Source: Octopus bimaculoides (lineage: Eukaryota). From it: DNA of 44,075 bases. A model generated the notes under the pieces. The model was not told where the DNA came from and ran no database searches. It saw only the letters and a list, made by a program, of their open reading frames with translations. Both the position numbers and the translations under genes were made by a program. The DNA is taken from contig NC_068988.1 in NCBI RefSeq assembly GCF_001194135.2, forward strand, positions 63,564,189-63,608,263, read 5' to 3'. Positions 1 to 13,009 of the stretch are shown piece after piece. The first letter of the stretch is position 1; each line of letters begins with the position of its first letter.

Positions 1-293
1 TATATATATATATATATGAAGTTCCTATTGCAGAATTCAGTACAACCAATTTTCAAAATGAAATTCATGTACAGGAATTAAGATGGATACAGCACCTATT
101 TATCTCCTGCATTGTTCCTTAATAAACATCGAAGAACTATATTAGATTGTAATATTTTACTTGCATTCATTTCTATATCTTACGGATACTCTTATACGTG
201 TGTGCGCGTTACGAATGGCATGCATTCCTGCACGAAATGCTACTGATGTATGAATGCACATATATTCCTAACTGCCTTTCTATCTTGCTTCTT

Positions 294-300
294 ATCTATG

Positions 301-352
<52 letters not shown>
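294..352. repeat. (TCTA)n microsatellite
   Basis: Direct tandem TCTA array. Confidence 0.95.
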
Positions 353-361
<9 letters not shown>

Positions 362-1549
362 ATCTATTATTTGTTTGTCTATATATGTATAAATATATGG
401 TGTAAAAACATATATGTAATATACGTAGCCATGGACAAATATATCTGAATGGATACAATTTTTTCAGCATTATCGTGTTTATTGCGTATGATATTCCTTA
501 TTGAATATTGACACCTATTAATTAGAGGACATTCATAGCATTCATGATTTCGTGACAACATAAATATGTATGCTGTAGAAAAACTTGAACGAGCACAAAA
601 AGTGAAAGCCTACACTTCCATTTGTCATATATCCTTTCAGTAATTCACACCATTGTACACTGTGCGAGTCAATACAGCGCTATCTTATCTCTTAGATAGG
701 GGAAACATTTTGCTCTCAAAGGACACTTTACTGTCACAGCGAAAGAAACACAGGAAGTATACTATTATGCACTGACATTCAAACAGTAAAAAGAAGGAAA
801 ATGGGAAGGTCACTGTGGCAATACTTTTAATCATATCTACTTATTAAAAAATAATCAATTCCAAAGCAATAAAATATATGGCGCTAATACTGGAGCAATT
901 CTGGCGTTGCTTTTCCTATTTAGACATAGCAAATACATTTTCCTTAAAATCAGCTCGTATAGTCTTGAAATTGAGGTGATTTAAGTTCTTAGGGTGGTCA
1001 TGAAGCATAAAGGACACACTGACAAATGAGACTGCCATGGGTGTAAAGATTTACGTCTGAAGTCTTCTCTATTAAGGCCTTCCGGTGCTTAAACATAATC
1101 AACAAGGAGAAAAATGAAAACCACATCTACAATCAAAACTACCGCTACTATTACTACTATTATTACAACTACTACTTCTACTATTACTACTATAACAAAA
1201 ACAGGTTCAATGTTTTTATATTGATAAAGAATGTGACATTCATCTTCTAAAATTTATATTTCTTTCCTGCTGTTATATTGTTTATCTACGAAGGCTTTGA
1301 CTCTATTTAAACTTTACACCTTATTTTTTTCTCTTTATTTTTGCTTGATAAGATTAAACTCGTCCACACAGTATTCTTTCTTTCTTAGTGATAGAATTTC
1401 GTTCTTGTCCTGTAAACAGTAGCACACATGCTGTGAATTTACTGCTTCAAATAAGCACCGAATTTTTGTAACAGAAACGTTAGCGATCGTAGAAAACTAA
1501 GATCGTAGAACATTATGAAAATTGCCCAGTGAGATTCACAGCATACACT

Positions 1550-1552
<3 letters not shown>

Positions 1553-1613
<61 letters not shown>
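1553..1613. repeat. (CA)n microsatellite
   Basis: Direct tandem CA array. Confidence 0.95.
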
Positions 1614-1617
<4 letters not shown>

Positions 1618-1624
1618 TATATTC

Positions 1625-1720
1625 CTTTATTCTTTTACACTTTTACTCGTTTCAGTTGTTTGTCTGCGACCATGCTGGAGCACCACCTTTAGTCGTACAT
1701 ATCGACCCTAGGACATTTAT
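1625..1720 (-). mobile_element. SINE family B (CORE-type) 3' tail fragment
   Basis: Reverse complement matches the tails of copies at 20220-20313 and 21660-21725 (GGTGCTCCAGCATGG.CGCAG...ACTGAAAC.AGTAAAAG). Confidence 0.75.
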
Positions 1721-3196
1721 ATTTATATTTAAATTTATACTTACAAGCTGGACCCTTGAATATTTCACGGGATTAATGGTGAACCTATTGAATTAGTTAT
1801 GAAAATTTTAACCAAAAGACCTGAAAGCGTTGATTAACTTAATGCGTTTTATATATACACTTTATATACTTTAATCACAATTTTATAGACACACCACTCA
1901 GAAAATAAATATTCACTCTTATTTTTCAATATTTCCCATATATAAATTAAAAAAAGTTATCCTGCACATATGATACAACCTTTCGTTAAATTACATATAT
2001 CTGCCACGTAAACAAGCGTGAATATTTCACGGAATTCCTGTAAGTGATAGGTGATATAAAACATTTTTAAAGATACTTTTCACTATCCTATCTTCACAGT
2101 CACCTCCACCACCACCACCACCACACTCATCATCATCTCTCTCTACTCTTTTCTCTCTGCATTCTCTCTCCTCTATTTCTTTCTTTATTTCTCTCTATTT
2201 CTCTCTCCCTTTCTCCCTCTGTCTTTCTTATACCTCACCATCAGAACATTACCACTCTGCTAAAATTATATTTTTAACTCACCTGATCTATACCATCACT
2301 ACATTCAACAAACTTTTTTAACCACGTAATAATTACTACGTTCCCATACCTCACGCCATGGAGGCTTCTATCCACCTCTATCTCTCTCCCTCTCCCTCTC
2401 ACTCTCCATCTTTTCCTCTCTTTCTCTTTCTCTCTCCCCTGTTCTTTCTCCTCTCTTTACCTTCAACTAACCAGGTGAAAGTGTTACAATTGCATTCCCT
2501 CTACTTCACGTCATGAACGCTTCTCTCTCCCTTGTTTTCTCTGATCACGTGAAACCATTACCGACGGGCTACGTAAAGGAATGACAAGCAGAATTATTAT
2601 AAAATTAAAGGTTATGTTATGTTCAATAAAGCTGGTGTTCGATACTCAGTTTTCTAATTATTAGTACTAACATATTTTTAAAATCCCTTATATTTGAAGA
2701 ACGAAGAGGTAAAGTGTCTTCCTTTGTGAATTAGTGTAAAGATATCTAGCAATGCTTTGTATTAAAGAGGTTTTCTCTGAGTGATAGAAAGCTTTTTGTT
2801 TAGATGTTATTTACTTCCGAAACACTATTATGTGCTTGATGCAAACGTATACATGCCAATATATGTGCGCACGCGCGTGGGTGGGTGTGTGGGGGGTGTC
2901 TATGCATTTTCTGAATCAGTCCTTTACTTTTGGATAATGTTTTTTTATGAACTAAGAAGTTTTATAAAAGTACATCTACCAAGGAACTAATGAAATTACA
3001 AAAGGAAGAAATGATAACAAATAAGAATGACAATGAGGAAATCGGAAAGAAATACGCCGAGAGAACAATAAGAATTATTTTGATTAAGAGATAAATGATG
3101 CAACATTAAATAGGCGCCTTCTTCAGTAATTATTAAATGGCGCCTTTCTGCTCTGGAATCATCAGATTCGCAACACAGACAGATAGGAGTAAAATA

Positions 3197-3198
<2 letters not shown>

Positions 3199-3227
<29 letters not shown>

Positions 3228-3419
3228 TGTATGTATGTATGTATGTATGTATGTGTGTGTGTATATATTTGTATATGCATATAAGTGTGTGTGTATTTGT
3301 ATACGTATATATGTGTGTGTGTACATGCATATATACAAAAATGAACTTATAGATTCACAAATGTAAATGTATATGTAGATGCACAAACAAACAGACGCAT
3401 ATATATCTACGTATGCAGG

Positions 3420-3482
<63 letters not shown>

Positions 3483-3564
3483 TGTATATATATATATATG
3501 TATGTATGTATGTATCTATATATATATGTGTGTGTGCGCGTGTGTGTATGCGTGTGTGTGCGCG

Positions 3565-3612
<48 letters not shown>
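3199..3612. repeat. Compound (TATG)n/(TG)n/(TA)n microsatellite field
   Basis: Direct tandem arrays; source of the spurious ORFs at 3133-3634. Confidence 0.9.
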
Positions 3613-3614
<2 letters not shown>

Positions 3615-4321
3615 TGTCGACGGCATACACTCATTTAGAAAACAATCATATATCGGATAGAAAGAGGAATTAGGAGATTTTATGAAGGCTCGTGAACAAA
3701 AGCAGCGACAACAGAGAGACAGGAGCAAACTAAAGCTTTTTATACACACATGGATGCAATGCTGCATCACGCAAGATTATTCTGGACTTAACCAGATTCG
3801 AATTTGAGCACAACATGTCATAGCACATTATCTTCAAGAATGGGGAAAGAATAATTGATATATAAATATTGATATATTTCGAGATGGTCGTTTTTTCTTT
3901 TTGTCAAATAAACTCATGCACTATATACCTGCCATTCACTTTAGCTTTATAATTATTCTTATTTCACGTCTTTTGCCTGAAAATCTTTCGTCACACTTCC
4001 TGTAACCTCTTCAGCAGCTCTCCATTTCACGTGTCTCCTCCAGCCGAGTGTAGTGCATTCTGCCTCTATGTAACCTTTTTTGCTCAAGCATGTGTGTCTG
4101 TATTTGTGTGTGTGTGTGTGTATGTGTGTGTGTTTGTGTGTGTGCGTGCGTGCGTGTGCACGTGTGTGGCTGCATGACTATGCATGTTGTATGTGTGTTT
4201 TGTGTATAGAAACCATATAACACACAAAAAAAACGCACACAGAAAATACATATTCAAGCATGCACACACGCACACGCAAACACACATACATACACACACG
4301 CACACACAGCAAACACTCATA

Positions 4322-4538
4322 TATTCTTTTCTACTCAAGGCACAGGGCCCGAAATTTCGGGGGCGGGGGCCAATCAATTGAATCTTCCCCAGTACGCAAC
4401 TGGTACTTAATTTATCGGCCCCGAAGGGATAAAAGGCAAAGTCTACATCGGCGGAATTTGAACTCAGAACGTAAAGACAGATGAAATACCGCTAAGCATT
4501 TCACCCGGCGTGCTAACGTTTGTGCCTGATCACCACCT
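4322..4538 (-). mobile_element. SINE family A, near full length
   Basis: tRNA-like head with B-box GAGTTCAAATTCC, central CCTTT.ATCC.TTCGGGG.CGATAAATTAAGTACCAGT domain, tail GTGCCTTGAGTAGAAAAGAAT; many homologues in the window. Confidence 0.85.
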
Positions 4539-4553
4539 TCATGCACACACATA

Positions 4554-4681
4554 ATCATTTCTACTCAAGGCACAAGGCCTGAACTTTTGGGGGAGAGTGC
4601 CAGTCGATGCAGTCGACCCCAGTACGCAACTGATACTTAATTTATCGACTTCGAAAGGATGAAAGGCCAGCTCACCGCCTT
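4554..4681 (-). mobile_element. SINE family A, internally deleted copy
   Basis: Same tail and centre as 4322-4538, then jumps directly to the head terminus CCAGCTCACCGCCT. Confidence 0.75.
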
Positions 4682-4949
4682 CAAACACACGTACTGAGGC
4701 GCAAACTCATAAGTAGATAACGATACACACCACAGAAAGAGAGAATGGACTAAATAGGACAGGACAAGATACGTGGAATGGAGAGTTTCTGAAGAGGTCA
4801 CATTGTGTGTGACAAAAGAGACTATAATAAGAACAATTATAAAGCTGAAGTGAAGGGCGAGTACATAAAGCGCGTGTTTATTTGACACAAAATAAAATAT
4901 CTGTTTCAACTCACGATTTCACATCAAGAACCTTGCAACTTTGCAGATA

Positions 4950-5499
4950 TTAGGTTGTTCCCAAAATAATGGCCGATTTCAGAAACATAATTTTATTCTA
5001 AAAAATTAACGGTAGAAATGTTTTGATTAGAGGATGTGGTAAAGTCTCGTATCCCATGGCTGTGAGTTTCTGCTGCGTCATTCTTGCAACATGTGGTTTT
5101 GCATTATCACGAAGCAGATTTGGGCCACGCCGATTCACCGATGCAGGTCTCATTTTTTGCAAGTGAGCATGCATTTCAGCGAGTTATTTGCAGTAAACCT
5201 CTGCTCTAATGCTCTGATTGACTTCCAGAAAGCTGTAATGGGCAACACCAATTACAGACCACTGGGCAGTCACCTTAATCTTTTACTTATGCAATTTGGC
5301 TTTTGGAAATGTTGTGGGGAACTCATCACAATCAAACCATTGATCAAACCATTGATTTGATTGATTGTGTGTTATCATAAAGAATGCACTTTTCGTCACA
5401 AGTGAATTTTTGGTCAAGAAAAATATCATTTGTGTTTCGCAGAAAGAGCATCGAGCACACTTCAAAACGCCGATCTTTATGATTTTCATTGAGCTCATG
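4950..5499 (-). mobile_element. Mariner transposon remnant (3' part plus putative TIR), cut by assembly gap
   Basis: Minus-strand translation gives FLDQKFTCDEKCILYDN (TxDEKW-type motif) and LLRDNAKPHVARMTQQKL...LPHP (HDNARPH-type motif), frameshifted; TA-TTAGGTTG terminus at 4948-4957. Confidence 0.8.
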
Positions 5500-5786
5500 N
5501 NNNNNNNNNNNNNNNNNNNNNNNNNNNNNNNNNNNNNNNNNNNNNNNNNNNNNNNNNNNNNNNNNNNNNNNNNNNNNNNNNNNNNNNNNNNNNNNNNNNN
5601 NNNNNNNNNNNNNNNNNNNNNNNNNNNNNNNNNNNNNNNNNNNNNNNNNNNNNNNNNNNNNNNNNNNNNNNNNNNNNNNNNNNNNNNNNNNNNNNNNNNN
5701 NNNNNNNNNNNNNNNNNNNNNNNNNNNNNNNNNNNNNNNNNNNNNNNNNNNNNNNNNNNNNNNNNNNNNNNNNNNNNNNNNNNNNN

Positions 5787-6372
5787 TTTGGAAAAAAAGT
5801 TTCAAAAGATATTCAGAAAATTTTGAAAAACTTTTGAAAAGATTTTCACGAAAATTTAGAAAAAAGTTTCACGAAGATTTGAACATGAAAATTTTCAAAC
5901 AGTTTTCAAAATATTTTCACGAAAATTTTGAAAAACTTTTCACGAAGATTTTGAAATGATTTTCAAAAATTTCTCACGAAAAACTTTGAAAAACTTTTCA
6001 AAATATTTTCACGAAAATTTTGAAGAAATTCTTCTAAAGTTTTTGACGAAAATTTTAAAAACTTTTCAAAATATTTTCACTAAAATTTTAGAAAAATTTC
6101 ACGAAAATTTTTTTAAATATTTTTCAAAAATTTTTGACCATAATTTGGAAATAATTTCAAGAAAATTTTGAAAAAAGTTTCAAAAGATATTCAAGAAAAT
6201 TTTGAAAAACTTTTGTAAAGATTTTCACGAAACTTTTTAAAATCCTTTCAGAAATTTTTGACGAAAAGTTGGAAAAAAATTTTGAAAGATTTTGATGAGA
6301 ATTTCGAAAAACTTTTCGAAAGATTTTCACGAAAGTTTTGAAAAACTTGTCAAGATATTTTCACCAAATCTC
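5787..6372. repeat. Degenerate AT-rich satellite built from ~11-12-bp AAAATTTT(C/G)A(C/A)G units
   Basis: Dozens of GAAAATTTTG/CTTTTCAAAA/TTTTCACGAA variants in tandem; left end hidden in a gap. Confidence 0.85.
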
Positions 6373-6631
6373 GTTAGAAGCTTTCTTTACTTAGTGGTCA
6401 TCTCCTTTAGCTCCTTCTCTGTTCTCTTCAGGACTCCAGCTCCATACTACTACGACTGCACGCGAGTTTATTGCTAAACTTATGCTTCAGGTATTTAGCT
6501 TTGAAGTCAATATTTTTCTCTCTCGCCGTAGGTACTTTCATTTTGTCATTTCCTTCAGGTTGTGGTTTTTGATTCCATCTGCTTGAAGTATTCCCAGGTA
6601 TTTATTGCTGTATTGAGATTGAATTGCCTTC

Positions 6632-6775
6632 ATATTACATTCTGAGTTCAATTTCCGCCGAGATAGTCGACCGCGCCATTCATCCATTCTGGTTCGATAA
6701 AATAAGTACCAGTGGTGCAATGGAGTCGATCTAATCGACTTACACCCTCCACCGAATTTGCTGGCCTTGTAGCCA
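6632..6775 (+). mobile_element. SINE family A fragment
   Basis: TTCTGAGTTCAATTTCCGCCGAG...CGATAAAATAAGTACCAGT...GTCGATCTAATCGAC. Confidence 0.75.
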
Positions 6776-6899
6776 CTTGTAAGCCTTTCTAGTCATTATT
6801 ATCGTTTTTGTTGTCGCTGTCCCCGCTGTTTTGTTTGTTATTAACCTTCTCCTCTACTTTTTTTTTAGTCTGGAGCCTATGTTAGAAATATTGGTTGCA

Positions 6900-7056
6900 A
6901 ATTTTCGAGCAAGGCCAACAATATATCGGGAGGTGGGGCTAAGTCAATTACATCGATTTCCAGTGTTCAACCTGCACTTACTTTTTCGACACCGAAAAGG
7001 ATGAAGGAGAAACTCGCCCTCGGCTGAATTTGAACTCTAAACGTAAGGACGGACGT
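6900..7056 (-). mobile_element. SINE family A, diverged
   Basis: GAAAAGGATGAAGG...GAATTTGAACTC match to other A copies. Confidence 0.65.
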
Positions 7057-7112
7057 CGTGTGCTAGAATTATTAATCATTATCGTGATTAGTAGTGGTTG
7101 CTGTTGTTGTTT

Positions 7113-7470
7113 GGAACGCAATGGCCCAGTGGTTAGGGCAGCGGACTCGTGGTCATAGGATCATGGTTTCGATTCCCAGACCGGGCGTCGTGAGTGTTTA
7201 TTGAGCGAAAACACCTAATAGCTCCACGAGGCTCCGGCAGGGGATGATGGCGAACCCTGCTGTACTCTTCCACCACAACTTTCTCTTACTTCCTGTTTCT
7301 GCTGTGCCTATAATTCAAAGGGTCAGCCTTGTCACACTGTGCCATGCTGAATATTCCCGAGAACTACGTGTCTGTGGAGTGCTCAGCCACTTGCACGTTA
7401 ATTTCACGAGCAGGCTGTTCCGTTGATCAGATCAACTGGAGCCCTCGACGTCGTAACCGACGGAGTGCCA
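7113..7470 (+). mobile_element. SINE family C, full length, tRNA-derived
   Basis: A-box TGGCCCAGTGG, B-box GGTTTCGATTCC; body and tail match 11521-11749, and the tail matches 20478-20647. Confidence 0.85.
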
Positions 7471-8297
7471 ACACACATATATGCTGTTGTTGTACTTGAT
7501 GATGATGATGTCTTTGCAACAGTTGTTGTTCTTGTTCTTATTACTGTTGTTGTTGTTTTAGCAGAATCTGCAGGAGTTACAGTAGCAGTAATCAGCGATT
7601 TTCCAATTTTCCCCATTTCCGTTCATTAAATGTACAATTTAGTACATTTGTCATTATCCCCATTAATTTCTATTCCTTTTTTGTTTGCTTGTTTATTTGT
7701 TCGATTCCTCATTTATTTATTTTTTCTCTCTTTTAATTATTCTCATTAATTTGTTCTACTATTTCTATTCACACCTCCATCTCATATTTGCCTCATTTGC
7801 AATTTTAGCATCAAATTTTATTCATTAACTTCTTACGTTTTGTTTAAATGTTCGTAATTTATGTGACTGCTATATATTTTTATACATTTTATGTTTATAT
7901 TTAAAGAATTAAAACATTATTATTTAGGCATGTGCTGTTCTATTTTTATTTCTATTTATTTTCTCAATAAAATACACTTTACTAATTTATATGCACTCTT
8001 AGTTAGCACATGCTTTTCAATTGTCACCAATTTTAGTTCGTCTCTTCTTTCAATATCAAAATATGGCGCCGTTACAGTTCTTTATCTGTAGCTCTACTAA
8101 CTGTTGCATTTATTATTGCCACTTTAGTTCTTATTGTTTTTGTTGTTGCTTCTGGTTTTAGTGTTGTAGCTTTGAAGCAATTTATTTTATATTATTATTG
8201 ATATATACATGGTCTGTGTATTTGTGCATGTGAGAGTGAGCGCACTTGTGTGTATGTGTGTGTGTGTGTGCGCGCATGCAAGTGCGTTTCATTGTGC

Positions 8298-8446
8298 GTG
8301 TTCTGAGTTCAAATTCAGCCGAGCTCGACTTTGTCTTTCATCTTTTCGGAGTCGATAAAATAAATATCAGTGGTGCACTTAGGTCGATGCAATCGATTAG
8401 CACTCTGCCCTGAAATCGAAGCGTTACGCCTATAGCGGAAAAGATT
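8298..8446 (+). mobile_element. SINE family A, 5'-truncated
   Basis: TTCTGAGTTCAAATTCAGCCGAG...CTTTCATCTTTTCGGAGTCGATAAA; ends in (ATT)n. Confidence 0.75.
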
Positions 8447-8476
8447 ATTATTATTATTATCATCATTATTATTATT

Positions 8477-8733
8477 GCGTTTGCACAGCTTCTAACGCTG
8501 GAGATGTACTACAATGAACTAAGGTAACACCTTCTATTTTTCGAGCCCTTTCCGGGGTATTGGAGCGCTCCCAAGCAGTGCTGTTTTCTGCAAGTGCTCT
8601 ACCCTTATTGCAGCCCCTATTTGTTCCACGTACTTCTCGAGATTTTTGCTCACTGTTCCCAGGCCTCCGACAATTATTGGTACTACTGCTACCTTTTTCA
8701 TCGACCACAACAGTTTAACTTCCCAAGCTAACC

Positions 8734-8734
<1 letters not shown>
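8477..8734 (-). mobile_element. 5'-truncated non-LTR retrotransposon end, RLE domain (R4/Dong-NeSL-HERO type)
   Basis: Translation EVKLLWSMKKVAVVPIIVGGLGTVSKNLEKYVEQIG...LQKTALLGSA matches the C-terminus of restriction-like endonuclease LINEs; (ATT)n on both sides. Confidence 0.8.
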
Positions 8735-8805
<71 letters not shown>

Positions 8806-10435
8806 AAACATCAACAAGAACAGCAACAATATTAATTATAGTAATAATAATAATAATTATCATTGTTGCTGTTGTTGTTGTCGTTGTTGCAATAATCCTA
8901 ATAACAATAATAAACAATAATAATAACCACATAAGAGACATGGATAATTGAACAACCCTGTGTTTCCAAGAATATTAAATTTGTTTGGCCACTTCTTAAA
9001 CTGGCTATGTCAACACCGTAAGTTAGCAACTCCGTATGAAGCAAGTGGGGTGTAAACGAGCGCCCGTAGTTTTAAAGCAAAACAGAAAATAATCAGAAGA
9101 TAATCCACGGACGTGCAAATAGAGACAGGATTTTACAAGGGGCGAAATTTTCGTAAACGATCACGAGAAGTAGAAAGTTAAAACACACCGTTGCAAGATT
9201 ATTTGAATGTCAGAAGTTGAGGTATAAAAGGGCTGTCAAGTTTTAAGCGTTTGAGCATCCAGATGATGTATAAACAGTTAGGCTAGATGAATGGATATAT
9301 CGTTACAAATATAGTGGTGAGGGAAAATATATTCATTGATTGGTGCTCGACAGAATAGTGATTAAATTCAAAGGTTATGTATTGCCTGGGGTTTTATCAT
9401 TAATTTCCGCTAAAATACAAGTAAAGATGGACGGAATGCCGCTAAGCTTTTTCCCTGCGTGCTAACGACTGCCAGGATGCCATTTTCCCGTAGCCCCATA
9501 TCGACTTTAGATTTTGTGTTAGGTATCGCTTATGTAGATACTCGTAGAGTGAAGAACTGTGTTGAACATGTTCTACCTGTATTTCGAAAACGCAGCATTG
9601 TCACCGACATTTTGAATCTACCAGAGGACTACATGAAAATCATATATGTGGGTGTGTGGAATTCCCAGACAATTACATGTTAACACATTGAGTGTGTAGT
9701 TCAGCTGATCGAATAACCGAAGTGCTCATTATAGGAAAACGACCGAATTTCCATTTACTTTAGCCATTAAAATGTTTTCGCAAATAGTTCTGAAATATAC
9801 ACTATTCAACACTTTGATGTTTGATAAAAGGTAGATATTATCTACAGTGCAGTTCCTCTCTTAAAATATGCAAACGTTGTATTCGTGAGCCATCAACATC
9901 GCCATCGTTTACAATCATTACAGCATACATCTGATGTCTGATAATATATGGCGTCTCTGCTATTTGTGAGGCAACGTTATTATTCTGTTGTTTCTTTTTT
10001 TCTAAATTTTTATCTTCTTGTTGTTTTACATAAAACGTTCGTTGCTGTAAGCTATTAATTTCTAAACTTTTTTGCAGCTTCAATTTTATATTCTGCTGAG
10101 ATCTTTAAACCAATCATTTGAATAAAAACTAGTTAGCTGAGAATGTCTAGTGAATTTCAATCCAAAATAGACAAAGGTACTCCATAAAAAACATTGAGGA
10201 ATACGCCTTGTTCCCCATGCGTCAACCATTTTCAGTTCATGATGTTTGCATGTTTTAGTGTCGTTTCAAGACTTTCCGGTCTATACCAATTCTAACACAT
10301 GTACCAGTATGAGTATAACGCAAATGCAATTATTCATACATAGTTATACAATCACTTCATTCACAATCGCACACATCTAGTCAGCTACTGTCACCAATAC
10401 AGAAACGTTTATGTCACCAACACAGGAACGCGTTT

Positions 10436-10526
10436 GTATATATATACATATGTATATATGTATATATATGTATATGTATATATGTATATATGTATATACA
10501 TATATAAACACACACACACACACACA

Positions 10527-10584
<58 letters not shown>
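10436..10584. repeat. Compound (TA)/(ATGT)/(CA) microsatellite
   Basis: Direct tandem arrays. Confidence 0.9.
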
Positions 10585-10589
<5 letters not shown>

Positions 10590-11228
10590 GTCTACATAAA
10601 TATATACACAAATACGCTTTCCTGTGGGCATAAAATTTTCTTTGTTGGTGGCAGTACGTGACTAGATGTGTGTGATTATAAGTGAGTGTATACTTATGTA
10701 TGAATAACTGTATATACGATATGTGATACATATATATACATATATACACACACATATATATATATGTATATATATAAATATATATTATTTTGTTTAAAAG
10801 AGTTCCAACACTGTCTGTTTTTTATGTTTATATATTTATATATTTAATCCTTTATATTGAACACTCAATATTTCATCTATTCAATAAGACATATTCCATA
10901 TATTCAATTAGACATTCACTACTTTATTTCATAGTACCATCCATTTTTATTTTATATTATATATTGTATATTATATTATATATTGTATATTCCATATTCT
11001 ANNNNNNNNNNNNNNNNNNNNNNNNNNNNNNNNNNNNNNNNNNNNNNNNNNNNNNNNNNNNNNNNNNNNNNNNNNNNNNNNNNNNNNNNNNNNNNNNNNN
11101 NNNNNNNNNNNNNNNNNNNNNNNNNNNNNNNNNNNNNNNNNNNNNNNNNNNNNNNNNNNNNNNNNNNNNNNNNNNNNNNNNNNNNNNNNNNNNNNNNNNN
11201 NNNNNNNNNNNNNNNNNNNNNNNNNNNN

Positions 11229-11262
<34 letters not shown>

Positions 11263-11520
11263 AAATTTTTTCTAAAAAAATAGAGAGCTGGTATTATTAA
11301 AATATCATCACAAGTGGCAAGCGAATTATCAGCCGTACAGGTAAAGTAATAAAATACCTACATACAATATAAGATATATTCTCATATGTGTGTGTATATA
11401 TACACACATATAATCGAGGGCACTACCTGTGTACCTACACCGCTAAAAATAGAAATCAAAAATATTTCTCTGAAACGGAATAGTCACAAATCTACTACAT
11501 ATACGATACATAACATATCG

Positions 11521-11749
11521 TGGCACTCCGTCTTTTACGACGATGAGGGTTCCAGTTGATCCTTTCAATGGAACAGTCTGCTCGAGAAATTAACGTGCAA
11601 GTGGCTGAGCACTCCACAAGCACGTGTAGCCTTAATGTAGTTCTCGACGTGATTTAGCGTGACATAGAATGTGACAGGGTTGGCCCGTTGAAATACAGGT
11701 ACAACAGGAAGTAAGAGTGAGAGAAAATTGTGGTGAAAGAGTACAGCAA
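11521..11749 (-). mobile_element. SINE family C, 3' two-thirds
   Basis: Reverse complement aligns with 7255-7470. Confidence 0.8.
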
Positions 11750-12090
11750 TGCTGGACTACCGCCTGAATCGAACAAATCGACCCTAGGACTTTATTTTTG
11801 TAAGCTTAATACTTTTTCTATCGGTTTCGTTTGCTGAAATGCTACATCTTGGGGACGTAAACGCATCAAGATCAGTAGTCAAGCAAGCTGAGGGAACAAA
11901 TACACACACACAGATTTATACATACATATATACGACAGGCTTCTTTCAGTTTCCGTCAGCCAAATTCACTAACAAGGTGTTTGGTTGGCCCGAGGCAATA
12001 GTGAAAGACACTTTCCCAAGGTGCCACGCAGTGGAACTGAACCATGTGTTTGGGAGGTAAGCTTTTTCCTCCAGAGTCACGCCTGCACCT
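11750..12090 (-). mobile_element. SINE family B (CORE-type)
   Basis: Minus strand GCGTGGCACCTTGGGAAAGTGTCTT (MIR/CORE-like), internal (TG/TA) linker, family B tail. Confidence 0.8.
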
Positions 12091-12175
12091 ATGTAGATAA
12101 GTGTGTGTGTGTGTGTGTATGTGTGTATACATACTTATGTACATATATCTATATAGATAGATTGTTGACTATGTA

Positions 12176-12249
<74 letters not shown>

Positions 12250-13009
12250 CCTTGAAGACTTGTACCTTCAACAGAAGTCTAGTACCATGTTTTTCTTTTT
12301 GAGCATCACGACTCCTCATACACTCCTCATNNNNNNNNNNNNNNNNNNNNNNNNNNNNNNNNNNNNNNNNNNNNNNNNNNNNNNNNNNNNNNNNNNNNNN
12401 NNNNNNNNNNNNNNNNNNNNNNNNNNNNNNNNNNNNNNNNNNNNNNNNNNNNNNNNNNNNNNNNNNNNNNNNNNNNNNNNNNNNNNNNNNNNNNNNNNNN
12501 NNNNNNNNNNNNNNNNNNNNNNNATATATACTGAAATATTTAGTAGGCACTATAACAATTTTTATACAGAATTATAATTAGTCGAGGCTATGCGATATAC
12601 TATTTCTTAACTGTTCATATATTAGTTATTGGAATTAGATCAATCTTAAATCCATAGAAGATTAATCGAAAGCTTTCGATAAATTAGACCATAAATATTG
12701 ACATCTGTCACCACAACCTCCAGCTTGCGTTTTTGTATCCTAGCAACGTGCAACGTCATTCACTCGGATTTTACGATGAATTTCCTTATGTCGGGATCAT
12801 ACAGTATCATGCACTCAATCTATTAAGCTGCTCCCTTCCCATCGCTTTTGTATCAACTATCACTTGAGTGGCTACTGCAAAAATTACAGACATTGAGTGG
12901 GGTATTCTGTGACCTAGAAAGAAGTAGAAATCTCTCCATATGTGCGGCAAATGTTACAATCACCGCGTTGAATACCATACTCTTGGTAATTGGCACCATT
13001 CTAAGATAC

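Noticed and set aside
2090-2600. Pyrimidine-rich region resembling a Penelope 3' end
   Set aside because: Too degenerate; no GIY-YIG motif or hammerhead core could be supported.
3110-3176. Minus-strand CTGATGA...GAAA and CTGAAGA near two GGCGCCTT repeats
   Set aside because: The intervening sequence cannot form stem II, and there is no NUH/stem I.
3133-3770. Many overlapping short ORFs (YI/VC/HT repeats), and similar sets elsewhere
   Set aside because: These are translations of microsatellites, which lack stop codons in some frames.
5787-6372. CRISPR-like or coding-repeat interpretation of the satellite
   Set aside because: No unique spacers, no cas genes and a eukaryotic context; the plus-strand ORFs are short, repetitive and interrupted.
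7113-7190. tRNA-like sequence with A and B boxes (also heads at 19906, 29928 and 41110)
   Set aside because: No complete cloverleaf, and each runs into a SINE body; these are SINE heads, not tRNA genes.
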